From Tubiluchus corallicola (Eukaryota > Animalia > Priapulida), in contig JAQGDQ010000013.1 of assembly GCA_030141605.1 (NCBI GenBank), positions 386,447 through 450,446 of the forward strand: 64,000 nt of DNA, in the 5' to 3' direction. The position numbers and the translations under genes are program-made. This document shows, in pieces, positions 1 to 12,675 of the stretch (positions are counted from its first letter, which is position 1; each line of letters begins with the position of its first letter). The notes under the pieces are model-generated. The model ran no database searches. It was not told the origin of the DNA and saw only the letters and a program-made list of their open reading frames with translations.

Positions 1-1059
1 ATAATTAATTTTAATGCCAATTCACTGATGCAGTGTAGCTTTTTAATATCTTTGTAATCTTGTAGACTTCATTCGGAAAACGAGTAGCAGGTGTAAAATA
101 ACAAATTTTTGCAAAAATATAACTTAGGCAAAAAGTTCTTCTAAGCTGTAATAACGAAGATATCATCTTACAAATTTTCACGCAAATGCAATTTTCCTGC
201 TTTTACAAAATCTCTAAACATCTTAACAAGAATTATAATATCGGCGAAAGATGTTATTTTTTTACAGAAGACCGAGAACCTTTGCTGCCAGTAATTACGG
301 CATCACGCCGAAAACAGACGCAAATAGTTTGTTAACTAATTAGCTTTGTTAGTAAAGTAAATAATCTTGATTTTTTGAAACGAGAAATTTTAAATTCTCG
401 ATTAACTAATTATTATAATCTTAATGTCAACACCTCGTTGAAAAATCTCATTGTTTATTTGGGAAATAAAACTAGCACAGAGGCTAGTTTATTGAAATGA
501 CTTAAAATAGTGAATTTGTACATGAGTCCGTGTCATAAAAGCTACCGCGCACATGTTCTCTTCTTTTTCATTCTGTAATATTTTAGCGATGGATTATGTA
601 TTTGTTCACAAAGAAGCAGTCCGGTTTATTAATTTTTGATTTTAAAATTAACCACACTTAAATGAACTGTGTACTGTGATCGCTAATTAGCTAAATAAGT
701 CCACCCAATCCTTTTAGAGGATATATAGCGTTAATTGGTTACGTGTTATAAGGATGAGCGTGTAATGAGACCTTCACATTTTTACTGTCATATTCCGTGT
801 GTTCCCGTGCATACACAAGTATGGAGTTAAAAATTGAGCACAGTAGGGAATCCACTAATTGGTAAGCATTCGCGAACAGTATATATTCATTATGAATGGA
901 AAGGTAAATTATACGATTTAGGGCCACATAAAAACCTGATGATAGCTTTTGTGTGTTTTAATTACATTAAGAAGTCAATAAAATCTCCAAGCTTATGAAA
1001 GGCTATTAATTTTGAACTAAAAATCAGGTACTTTTATTTACGACTGTTTATGTTTTCAG

Positions 1060-4000
1060 GCTAGGAACTATGCGTTGACTATAGCATTTGCTTTGTCGTT
1101 TGGAGCACTTTTCTCTAAAACATGGCGAGTTCATCGGATATTCACAAATAAAAAAGCGCAGCGGCGGGTAGGAAAATAAACGCTACTTACTACGTAATTT
1201 AGCAAGGCCTTAATTCTTCTGCATAAGCGAAAGTTATGACAATAAAAATTATTGACAATAACTCATTTCTGATTTTAATTGTTTTCGTATGGGTGCATGG
1301 GAGAAAATCATAATTGGCAGATGAAAGAACAAAGAAAAAATGAATAAACGTATAAATAGGCCTGAGTGAAGAGGTGTTGTATACGCAAACAAGTAGATGA
1401 AATGCAAATTTATGACTTAACATATTTTTATATTTCTCACTGTTTGGACGACATGTGCCATGCTGGACGCTTATTACAATGCCAGAAAAACCAAATACAT
1501 GTAATCGTAGCAGGCAACCATTAGCTCAAAGGCTCCGGATCAAATCCTAGGATCTAGTCTGAATTATTTCAATTTTTTGCCAAACGAATGATAACAAGAT
1601 GTCTACGCAATATTTACTTCTAATTCTTTCTGCCACAGATTAAGCACAAGCTTGTAACAAGTCAACTACCTAATATTTTGCAGGTTATTAAAGATGTACA
1701 ACTGATAATGATGGTCTTCAGTATACTATCAATTGACATCATTGTACTTGTGATATGGGATGTTCTTGATCCTCTAACTGTTATTGTGTATGACCTTGAA
1801 CTCGCGGTAAGGAAAAAATTGTTTTTTTAGTAATCGTTTTCAATCATTAATTATTTTCAACTCGTATTTCCACAGAGTACGACTCCTCTCGTACGACCAG
1901 TCGACCACTGGCGTACGGGTGTAATTCAGGCAGCAATGTGGCGTGCGGGTACGTGCAATTCAGGGTAAGCTCATAAAGACTCCGCTACGACGACTTCAGG
2001 TACCACGCTTTGGTTCTGCGTACAACATGTGCCTGAATAGTACCTAATACTTAACTTTAAATTTCGCGCAAGTAGGCGTTCATACATTTAACCAATCACG
2101 ACTGTTATGCCAATTGAAAATCAGTTAAAATTTAGTAAATACTTTAGTGTATGTAGACGGCTTGCAATCCATAATAGTGACTTTTCTGTTTTTTTAAATG
2201 CGCGTGATAATACATATTTAGATTCAACATTGCAATTGAGATATTGCCTATGCGAAAAACAAAAATATAGAATTTCAATAAAAATGTGTCTGTATTTAAA
2301 ATTCCTTGATCTCATGATAGCAAAATGAAAAAAATTGAAATGAGAACTAGAACCTGGAAGCGATGACATTTGTGACGTGTTGCTGTTGTATTTTCTTGAA
2401 ATTGTCTTGGAAACTTTTGACAGTGGACATTCATTTGTGTTTTTCAGTCTTAGGTTATTTCATTTTTGAAATTTATAGCTCAAGTCCGAATCATAGAATG
2501 ATTAAATGTATAATAGGCCAGTATATTAAAGCCCCGTTGCAAGTTAAACTAATTTTAACATTTTATTTTGCAGGAATCCGATTATGACGTTGATGTTCTT
2601 ATACAAAAACAAGTAGATCTTTGTGAATCTCCTAATGAAATCTATTTTATTGGATGTCTATATATTATTCAAGGCGTGTTACTTATATTTGGAGCTTTTC
2701 TAGCGTGGGAAACGAAAAAGGTGAGAACTTTGACAGCAGATTGCGAAATATGTTCAGCTAAAGTTGGCACGGATAACAATTTGTAATCAAAATTGCCTTT
2801 AGTTCAATCGTTTTATATCATTGTTTAGTTCAATTCAAACATAAGTTTTTGGATGGTAATGCACTTATGATCATGACCGGGCAATTACAGTTGCATTAAT
2901 ACATGTACTTTTACTCATTTTATGTTATAGTGTTTGACGTAACTAAGCAGGTTTATATTTAGAGTGTGCAGCATTTCGGCAACGCTCATTTTTATTTAGC
3001 GAATTAGTGAACAAAATTTTAATTAAACTGCATGTAGTTAGCATTTTTCTTTCATTTTCTAGGTAAAGGTGGCAGCACTTAACGATTCTCAGCAAATCGG
3101 TATCTGTATTTATAATGTCACCGTGTTAAGCATCGTTGGAGTGACAATTTCTATGATTCTGAAATACCAGCCAGTTGCTAGTTATGGCTTGCAATCAGGA
3201 TTTGTTATCTTTGCAACAATAACCACAGAATGTACTATATTTGTACCAAAGGTATGCATCTTTGTAAACCTACAAATTAATGAAACCATCTTTCCCGGAT
3301 ATTTACACCTTTCAAATTTCATGTTTTTGTCTAAAGGTGGCAAGCGTGACGTTATGTTATCAGAAAGTAGATAATTTTTTTAGGGTGAGAAAGGTAATTA
3401 AGGAATAGTTTTTGCTAAAGTCAGAAGTATTCTTTTATTACTAATCTTGCAGCGAAAAAAGATATTTAAGTCGTAAACCCAACAATGTTATCACACATTA
3501 ATAGTATAACTTTTCTTGAAAGATGGCAGCACTGTAGTCTCAAAAACTAGTGCCGTCACATTTTCGTCTTTGGTTGATCAAACAGATTATTAGGGACTAA
3601 CAGAGGATTTAATTATCGCCTGTAAAATCCCATTTGGCTTAATAAAATTTAAAGATTATTGCTTAGGCAAAATAATGCGTGACAAAATGTCTTATTAATG
3701 AGTTAGTAAAAAAAATTATCAACAAATAAATAAGCAGGCAGGCAGATAAATGAACTACTAAACAAGCGAACAAAGGAACAGACAAACAAACAAGAAACGA
3801 ATCAACAGTTTAACGAATGACTGTTTGAGCGAGCAAGCAAACAAATGAGCACCTCGTTTTAGAGTTACAGATAACAATTTCGGTTATTTTGGCATTTTTT
3901 GAACAAACTGTTAAACTTTTAGCACTTCTTGTGAATTGATAATTGATTACTGGTAGTGGCTTAAATGACTTTTTTCCAACTGGGCCCAGTTTATTTATCG

Positions 4001-7000
4001 AAGTCACGCTACACCTGATACTGTGCAAGCGTTTCTGAGATGTAGAACTAGAAATTGATGAGTTATTGATTACTGATCATACCCGGATCATTTCTAAAAA
4101 AAGCATATTGCTAATTTGGTTGATTGCACCTGAGAGCAATACACATTTTCTACCTCACCTTTGCCGACTCGTCGTTTATACACACTGAGCCTTGTCATCT
4201 GTAAGATGATACAAAATCGACTCATCGTACTTCGCTGGCTGAGAATACTGCCGGTCGTAAACTAATTCGCTAAACTTAGTTACAGTCGCTGTGAACTTCA
4301 ATGGAGTAAACGTAGTAACCGAAAATGGATACTTAGTTATTCTTGACTGAATAGTGACCATCGAATAACTGAAAAAAATATTGTTCGTTCTTTGATTCCC
4401 TGGATGTTAACTTACATAATACATCTGTATATATAAATTTAAGAAATTTAAGGGTTGTTGCGCTAAAAATCTGTACGCCTATATCACAATAATTCATTTT
4501 CTATCGAAACAAAAGAACAAACTGATGTAGTAAATATCTTTACAGAATAGCTATAAGAGGCAATATTGTGTTTATAGCACTATTATATGAGCATAGTAGG
4601 CCTGCGCTTATTAAATAGTACGTGCATTTCTGTAGTCTCATTAATCAGCTATTAATCAGGGATTAGTTTGTAGTGAATGACTAGTGCCACATTATAATCA
4701 CCGTAGTGGTTATTGTTAACCTTTCAGCAAGGTTTACTTACCAATCAACAAGACTTGTGTACTACTATAATCCCGTATAATTATGCCACGCTTCATGAGG
4801 GAAAAGATAATACACACTGCAACAGTTGCTTTAATTTATCTACAAAGACCCGGATGCTTAGTTCCTGAAAATGTTTCGCGTTGTGAGAAAAGTCGATTAT
4901 TAATACATAAACCTTATGTTTCTGGTACAAGTCACATCTTAATACATGGCAACGACATGCAAAATTAACCTAATTCATTTAGGAATGTTAGGATATGAGA
5001 AACTAGATTGAAAATAAGATAGTGCTGTTCTGAGATTTGCCATGGTCATATTCGTAAATGAAGTTAAAGTGCCCAAATTCTCAAAAAATTCTCTATTTTT
5101 TCAGAAGCTTTCGTCTTCTCGGACTTCATCAGCTGACATCAGTTAAATATAGCTAAGATCTTGAAAAATGTTGAAAGATGGATTAACATCTTTCAAGATC
5201 TTAGCTATATCTAATTGATGTCAGCTGATGAACTCCGAGAGGGCGAAAGCTTCTGAAAAAAAATAAAGAATTTTTGAGAAATTTATGGGCATTTTAACTT
5301 CGTTTACGAATATGAGAAACTATTTCTGATTGTAGCATTACTCAAATTCGTTTTTGAGAAGATTAAAGTGCTTTATTATCACCAAAAGAAGGAAGAGGTA
5401 AATCCTCACAATACAAAACATCTGTTTGGTTTTTAATGCTTACATCGACTTGTATGTATAGAAATTAATTTGCGTATCTCATGTGATATATTAAATGCAG
5501 TGTAAGGAGCGCATTCCTTTCGAGATTTGTGCTTCTCTTAAAACCCAATCTTAAACTACAGCTCAAAACAACCTAATCTATTGAAAAGGCTATATAGTTT
5601 TTTTTAAAAATGACTTGCATGAAAGAAATACTTCTGTAGAAACCTAATTTCGAGATCGCGGGCTAGATATTCGATGTTCGCTAGTTAGATAGGTACTAGC
5701 GTCCGCATCTCGGAAACGCGTTCCATAAAAAATAGGCACTTATAAAAATATTGTACGTTTGCGAGTAATATCTCACGATTCAGCTATCGAAAAAGGTCGT
5801 TGGCAACATAAAGATAGATTATGTGAGCTTTGCAAACCTATGTTACTAACTGAGAATGAAAAACATTTAATTTTGAATTGTAAAAGAACCGCATTAGCAC
5901 GTAAATTATGTAATGTTGAGAATTGTAACTTTCGAGATTTAATCGGTAATTTTGATGATATATACAAATTCATGGAATGTTTGCTTTGTGCTCGGGTGTA
6001 CTTTTAAACATAAACGAGCAGTGCGGTTGATAATATTGGTAAATAGTTCATTAGTTGCCTGTAATTACATTCATAATTTAAAAAAAAACTATAGGGTGCA
6101 GATTTCACGCGGTATATGTCACGAAATTGCAAAAAATGCTCCAAATGTATTTCTGTAAATGTAAAAATTGTTATGTAATATTTAAACTGGTTGTTATGAA
6201 ATTTGGAGAATAAACATTACTACTACTCACTACTACTACTGTACCTCTCAGTTCAGATGTGTTCAGTCGTCATGTAGCACATACGTTCGACAGCTTTTGC
6301 ACGAGCGCAACGGTAAACTTGAAATTTAAATGATTAAACTTAAAATTTGCCGAATTTTTCAGTATCACACTGAATGCTGTACAGTAGCACTCTACTTCAA
6401 TTTTCTCTTTCGCAAACAAGTGCAACGCGCTCGTGGAATTTTTATGCTGCTGAAAATTATGTTCACTTGTGATGTTATTCGCTAACTAGGTCACCGGTCG
6501 TTAATTAAGTTTTTAACCTGTTATCTAATTATAAGAAACACTTTGGCATTATTGTAGATGTTAAAATGTACACTTTTTACCGTACTCCAAAATGAGGTCG
6601 AATATGAAAAATCATTTTGCTTTCCTTCAGTTGAAGTTTTCCCTAATAATTCCTCTCCTTGGATTTGAAGTTTCTCCTCTAGAAATCGTGAGCCTGCTGT
6701 TTGAGAAGCACTGAACCTAAATCTAGATGTTTGCGTCAGAATGTGTACTGCAATCTCCAGGGAAATCGTTGTTAACTTGTTATTGATGTTCCTGTGATCG
6801 CCCAGCGACCGCTATTACCATTATAGCTCCAGAAAAATGCCGTCCCAAAGAGGTTTAGGCGAAAAATAAACAATTATTTTATGACTCACATTTTGATAAG
6901 ACTGTTGAGAGAATAAACTGTTTGAAATTTTAATTTATTAGAACAGTTAGAAGTTTTGAGTGTTTTGAAATAAGCCCGAGATGTAGTCAAATTTTGTCAA

Positions 7001-8180
7001 ATTGATAGAAAAGTTAGATAAAAGTGTAGCAGGAGTTCGAGTGGAAACAGAGAGCAGAACATTGTCGTTTAATTTAACAGAGTTTGTCAAGGGAGAGAGA
7101 CACGCCAGCGCTGGGCTGTTACGCTTTAGACTGAATGATTCGGAATGACACGATTTGCATAGGAAAATTCTGATATTGTTGCTGATTCAGACTTCACAAA
7201 GGTTTTCGAAAAAAAAAACAGATTCTGTCTCGAAACCAAAGTTCGGATCTTATCCTCTTAGTCGAACCCGTATATTTTTAGCCAATGCTGAACGATAGAC
7301 AATAGAAGTTAAACAGCAAGAGGAAAGTAAACGCTTTTCAAAAACGTCTCTACAGGATGCTATTAGGTATTAAATGGCCTGATGGAATATCCAATGATGA
7401 TATATCCGAATATATCCGGGTGAAGAAAAACCCTTGGAGTGAGTAAATCCAATTCAGAAGACTCTACTGGATTTGACATGTTGTAAGACTGCTTCAGGGA
7501 TTTCTTGTTCCCATTCATTACATAAGGTTTTGAACCAAAAAAAACCCTGAGGGGTCAGATAATTACGTATGTAGATATAATACAAACTGATTTAGCAAGT
7601 ACAACTCCAGATTTGAGGGACGATGCTTTATGGGCAGTAACTGCGGCAGGAGTGCTTGAAGTCAACAAGTGAGATGTGCCATGTTTTAGGACATGTAGGC
7701 AAAACAACGTCGACGACGCAAGCTGTTAAGGGAGTGGGGAAAGCCGATTCTGGTCTGTTCCTTTGGACTGTAATGATTCGGAATGATATGATTTGCATGC
7801 TGACATTGCCGTTAAATACATGGGTTTATTTATTTTATGATTTTGTTTCAGTTAAGGAGTATTGCTGTTGGCGATGAAAGTATTGGAGCAACAACAAATA
7901 CTGGTGCCACAGGGACATTTAATACATACGCTTTAACTGAAGAACGTACTAAGGTATTAATTTAGAATTATCAGTAAGTTTGGAAAACTGGTCTAAAGCA
8001 TTTCAGATTCCACTTTATTCATATTTATTCATTTATGAATGCAGCTGCTATGTTTGTTTATTTCAGCACGCGAAAGAAGTAGATGTTCTTAAAACAGAGA
8101 TCAAAGAACTGAAGAACAAAATAGCGCTGCTTGAAGAAGAGCGGACAAAGTTTGACGTCAACATAGTCGAGAAATCGTAG
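1060..8180 (+). CDS. GABA-B receptor-like class C GPCR, 3' part (TM3-TM7 and C-terminal coiled coil); 5' exons lie upstream of the window
   Basis: Six phase-0 AG/GT exons: 1060-1167 (ARNYALTIAFALSFGALFSKTWRVHRIF), 1684-1806 (VIKDVQL...WDVLDPL), 2574-2720 (...GAFLAWETKK), 3063-3251 (VKVAALNDSQQIGICIYNV...FVPK), 7852-7953, 8067-8180 (heptad-rich, ends TAG). KTWRV, FLAWET, LNDS..IG..IYNV and FVPK are GABA-B 7TM motifs. Confidence 0.92.
5101..5136 (-). ncRNA. Minimal type I hammerhead ribozyme motif (Penelope type)
   Basis: Minus strand reads TCAG-CTGATGA-A-GTCC-GAGA-AGAC-GAAA-GCT-T-CTGA: stem I TCAG/CTGA, core CUGAUGA and GAAA, stem II GTC/GAC, palindromic stem III AGCT. Confidence 0.7.
5221..5256 (+). 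ncRNA. Minimal type I hammerhead ribozyme motif (Penelope type), degenerate stem II
   Basis: TCAG-CTGATGA-A-CTCC-GAGA-GGGC-GAAA-GCT-T-CTGA; core intact, first stem II pair mismatched. Confidence 0.6.
5740..6240 (+). mobile_element. 3' end of a decayed non-LTR retrotransposon (LINE)
   Basis: ORF 5759-6007 contains AIEKGRW...RLCELC...ENEKHLILNC, the C-terminal zinc-knuckle pattern of LINE ORF2. It is followed by AATAAA and a (TAC)n tail ending about 6240. Confidence 0.7.
6244..6605. repeat. Dispersed repeat, about 360 bp; second copy at about 22285-22640
   Basis: Shared blocks TTCAGATGTGTT, ACTTCAATTTTCTCTTT..CAAACA.GTGCAAC and CGTTAATTAAGTTTTTA.CT.TTAT in the same order and orientation. Confidence 0.6.
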
Positions 8181-8836
8181 GCTAGAAGTTTCTCACAAAC
8201 CCAGCAGGGATAATGAACACTAATTAACAAAAAGCCACGTACGAGTAACAGCGATGTTTTTTGCTATTACCTGCATTACTCAGAGTTATGTTGCCAAATT
8301 CTTGATGTGAACAAATCACCATGACAGCTTTTCGACATGATTATTTTCACGATGATTTCCGCTATTGAGGCGATCTATAAAAATAATGAGATTACTTAGA
8401 AGACTGCGTATGTTGCCATTGTTTTAGACTAGAAAATTTGGACTTTGGAAAATTAGAAACTGATCAATGAGTTGAGCAAGATATGATAACTGTGCCACAT
8501 GTTTCGAGTTCTAGGTGACACGTGTTCTGCTGTTGTAATTAGCTTCTAGATAACTATAGTAATAGTTATAGCAATAGCTATAGTAACTAGATTGTTGTGT
8601 TATTGTACGCAAGTTAGAAAACGCTTGCTGGTTTTCAGCTGATTCATCGAAATAAGATTAAGAGTGGAACTAGTGAAACAAGTATTATATTACCGTTGCT
8701 GAATAAACAAATGGAACAATTCTTTTAACATATAACAGATTATATCATTTGTTTAAAGTACTCGTATTAGTATATTAGTTAATTTAATTTCAAGTATATG
8801 CACATTAACAAGCAGTGTATATAACATGCGTACGAC

Positions 8837-8921
8837 TAGAGTGTTCGATATTCGGGATTTGAGAAAATTTCGAGACAGGTTTCGGTGGTCGGGATGGGGA
8901 CCCCGATCCTGAACATTCCTA
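8837..8921. mobile_element. 85 bp hAT-like miniature element
   Basis: Imperfect TIRs TAGAGTGTTC / GAACATTCCTA, flanked by a perfect 8 bp TSD CGTACGAC (8829-8836, 8922-8929). Confidence 0.7.
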
Positions 8922-10422
8922 CGTACGACCGCCATTACGAATATATAATGGTTTTCGAGTAAATGTAAATGAATTCGTCAAGAACTTGATTAATTCTAAT
9001 TATTTTCCGTAATCTGTTAGTTTCTGTTCATTATAATTCCATCATCATAAAAGCATCCGAGACATCTATGCTTAATTATTATTAGTAAATCTACATTCTG
9101 GTGACGTAGTGGCGTGTTTTTATTTTTACAATGCAAAAAATACAGATGACCACAATGACGCAGTTGTGCATGAAAATGACGACAGCAAACAGCAGGTGTG
9201 ATTTTTTTTATTAGTTACATTTTGGGGCACTCTACAAGCCAAGAGAGAGCACCATTAGTAGTTTTGCGATGCTCGTTAGTACCACCACTAATACATATAC
9301 AGTGTATATCAGTATCACTCACCGTTGCCACTGTTGCTTCAATCACTAATATCTGTGGCTTTTACGGTTATCAGTACAGCTATCACAATTACCATCACTA
9401 CAGCTGTTTGATGCGCACCACTGTGATGCGCATCATATCACCGTTACCGTCGCCACCTAGTAAATGGCGACAAGAAGGTTGGCACCGACATTAATGATAA
9501 GAATAACAATGATGATAAAGTGACATTAGCGGTTATGGGACCCGAAAACAACAACGATAATGATCAACAGTTTAGAGCAACAGAAAAAATGATGATGATG
9601 ATGATAACAGCCTCGTGACACGAAAACATATCCGCACCCATTGTCATTGTCGGCTGCTGGTTTTTGTGATTTATAGGTTGATTTACCGAGTTAGTATGTT
9701 AATAATGCTAATTAATATGACGATGTGTTTCAACAACCGATTTCATATTTTCTTTCCGGACAAGTTGTCACCAACAGATGGCCCAGAGCCTTACGCAGTG
9801 CACACTCGGGGTTTCTCGCCTTTTCAAATGAGTTTATAATTTGAAATTATTTCAATGAATTTATACCTTATAATTTTAATTTTGGCTCTGGATGTTATAC
9901 TTATTTGTTTATCAGAAAAATTCTCTTACCGCCAGTGTGTCGCTATTAAGCATTTAACCACAAACCTGTTAACTGATAATAGCTTGTTTCGTTTTATAAA
10001 CAAAAAGGGGACTGCCTTTTAAATTCGTTTCTATTCTTTTAACCTGCGCTTGGCTGATTAGCTATTTGTGTATGAAGCTTTCGCCTGAAACAAATGTGAA
10101 AATTCTGCTGTTGAGAAGAGCGGATAATGCTCGCGTGAAACCACAGAGATGCTACTCGCGGGTGAACATTATTGAATAAGCTAAAAGAAGCGGCAGAAAT
10201 GACAGGAGACTGCGCATGAGTGAACGTGAAACACAATCTCGGAAGTCATAAGAAATTTTATTGCACTAAGTTATCTTATTAACTTGTGTTTTACGTGCAC
10301 TTATCATCAAGTCAGTATCTGCATGATATATCAGATATATCATCACTATTATGTTAAAATAAAACAGAATTTGTAGAAAAATCAAAATGTGTTTGTAAAT
10401 ATGAGCGAAATTTGATTTAACG

Positions 10423-12576
10423 ATGGTTATTAAAGTGGCGCTGACAGTGGCACTGCTGCTGTCGGCAGTGACTGCGATGGCCAAAAAGTTTGATTTGCAT
10501 CTGTTGGGCTTGTTTCCCATGGAAGGACCATGGGCAGGAGGGCAAGTAATGTTGCCTGGTGCACAAATGGCTTTAGACCATATCAACAGCCGACAAGACA
10601 TTCTACCTGAACATGATCTAAACTTGCAATGGGGTGATACAAAGGTAAAATCATAATCATTTGATATTTGATTAAATAGATTATTTGATTACATGGTTTA
10701 ATTTATTTCATCTACGTTAAGCATGACGAATGGGTAGCAGTTAGGACAAGAATGGGACATTTGATTTGATATTGTCTAATATTAATAAGATTTTGAGGTT
10801 AGTCCAGGCGCCTTCAGCTTTTACATAAGACGCCAAACCTACTCCAGCACACAAACACTAAAGTTAGTTATGCCAAAGTGTTATATGATCCTGCTCGTTT
10901 CGCGATTTTGGATCAAATCTCAATTACAATTTATTTCAAAGTTCAACATGCTTTATAAAGTATCAGACCATAGATTCGTTTTAAAAGATATTTTCAATAC
11001 AAGAAAAATAATAGCCAAAATACCTGTTATAGCATGACAACACAAACGAAAAAACACACACAAACAACAGCAAAGTTAGCAGAAGGAGTTACACAAACAG
11101 AAATAGTAATTAAACAACAAAATTTAAGAAAACTAACAAACATAAAAACCTCATAAATAAAAGCATAAATGAAGCAAGTATCACACGACACCAACGCTTT
11201 AAACGCACTAAAAATTTACATCATGTAGATATGTTAAAATAACGGCGATTCCTGTTATTGACATTATAACATGGAATATGTACTTGACATTTCAAAGTTC
11301 TTTTCGTCAATATGTATGTAGTAATGTGGAATTAAAAACTGGTTTCTTTCAGTAGGAATTTAGCACAAGCACAAAACCAGCAGTATTAAAACAACAGTTT
11401 ACCGTGGGAACAAATTTTCTGACATACAAGTGTGATCTTTTAGTTAATAGATGGGTTAATAGATGGGCTAGATGGGTTAATAGTTGGGATATAATAGACT
11501 GTCTAATTTGTCAGTTCAATAGAATTTATCTTTGTCAGTCGAAGATGCATGTACTGTGCTGCACGAACATTTTCGATTAATTGATTTTCTTTTAAAAGAA
11601 TTATCACAACACGCAGCTACGCATATATGGACTAATTATACTAATAATACCACATAATTTACGCGATTTAACGGTTTACGTTTTTGGCAATTTGTTGGTT
11701 GGCACACAAAACTGTTCGCGGATCAATTTCTGGTATTGAATATTTTACATCGTGTTCGTCAAATTTTTTTCAGTTCCATGTTTTCAGTCATTTTGCAAGC
11801 ACTTCCTGGTTTTATTAACAAAATCTGCTATTCTGCCATTGATGTGTTGTCTCTTAATCAAGTTATACTGAGAAAGTTTGCAGTTTTTTCATGTTAATCT
11901 TGAAAAATGCTTATTTTAGACGACGTTTTTCTAAAAGTGTACATTTTGCGACGTAGACATATAGAAGTTTTCTACTTTTGCTGATGCAAAGCCTTTAGGC
12001 AATGACAATTGATGCTTTCGAGAAATTTCGAAAAGTTTTCTTTAATAAGTACTTGCAGCTTAAGTACTGCATTTCTCTCTGTACGGAAGCAATCAGTCAC
12101 AAGGCCACACTGCTCTCCATGGGCAACACAATGACTGTAAATGAAATTCAGAAATTCAAGCTCCCAGTCTTATTGATGCATTACTGCGTGTATCCAATTG
12201 TAAAAGAGTTAATAAGCTCGTAGCCATTAACATTTTCCTGTCAGTAAATTGAAATAATATGCTGTCAGTCTGTACCGGCTTTGCGCTTCCATTAATAATT
12301 AACTTCATTAACGACAGGGTTATTTTCTCATTTTGTAGGTTCTGTCTCTAGACTAGAATGGAAATTTGTTTTTCAATCGAGTGTACGTCAAAATTGCACA
12401 TACTACAATATTTCTATGATACAGTAAATAGCTAATTTAAATAAGTAATTTTGCGCAGTAAAAATTTCGCGTTAATAGCATACATTAAAATTAAATAAAC
12501 ATTAAATAAACAAATTAAAAAGCCTAAGTATTACGAATTAAAAATTTTAAATTGCTAGTAAGCGTAACAAAATAGG

Positions 12577-12675
<99 letters not shown>

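Larger units (their letters stand above)
5046..5315. mobile_element. ~270 bp inverted repeat, probable Penelope-like element terminal-repeat remnant with a hammerhead motif in each arm
   Basis: Arms 5046-5172 and 5185-5315 are reverse complements with a 12 nt spacer. A 13 bp direct repeat ATATGAGAAACTA occurs at 4993-5005 and 5310-5322. Confidence 0.75.

Noticed and set aside
6890-7720. Possible highly decayed LINE on the minus strand
   Set aside because: Only faint motif traces; not enough to call.
11452-11487. Four GGG tracts (possible G-quadruplex)
   Set aside because: Long AT-rich loops; explained by a tiny TTAATAGATGGG tandem duplication.
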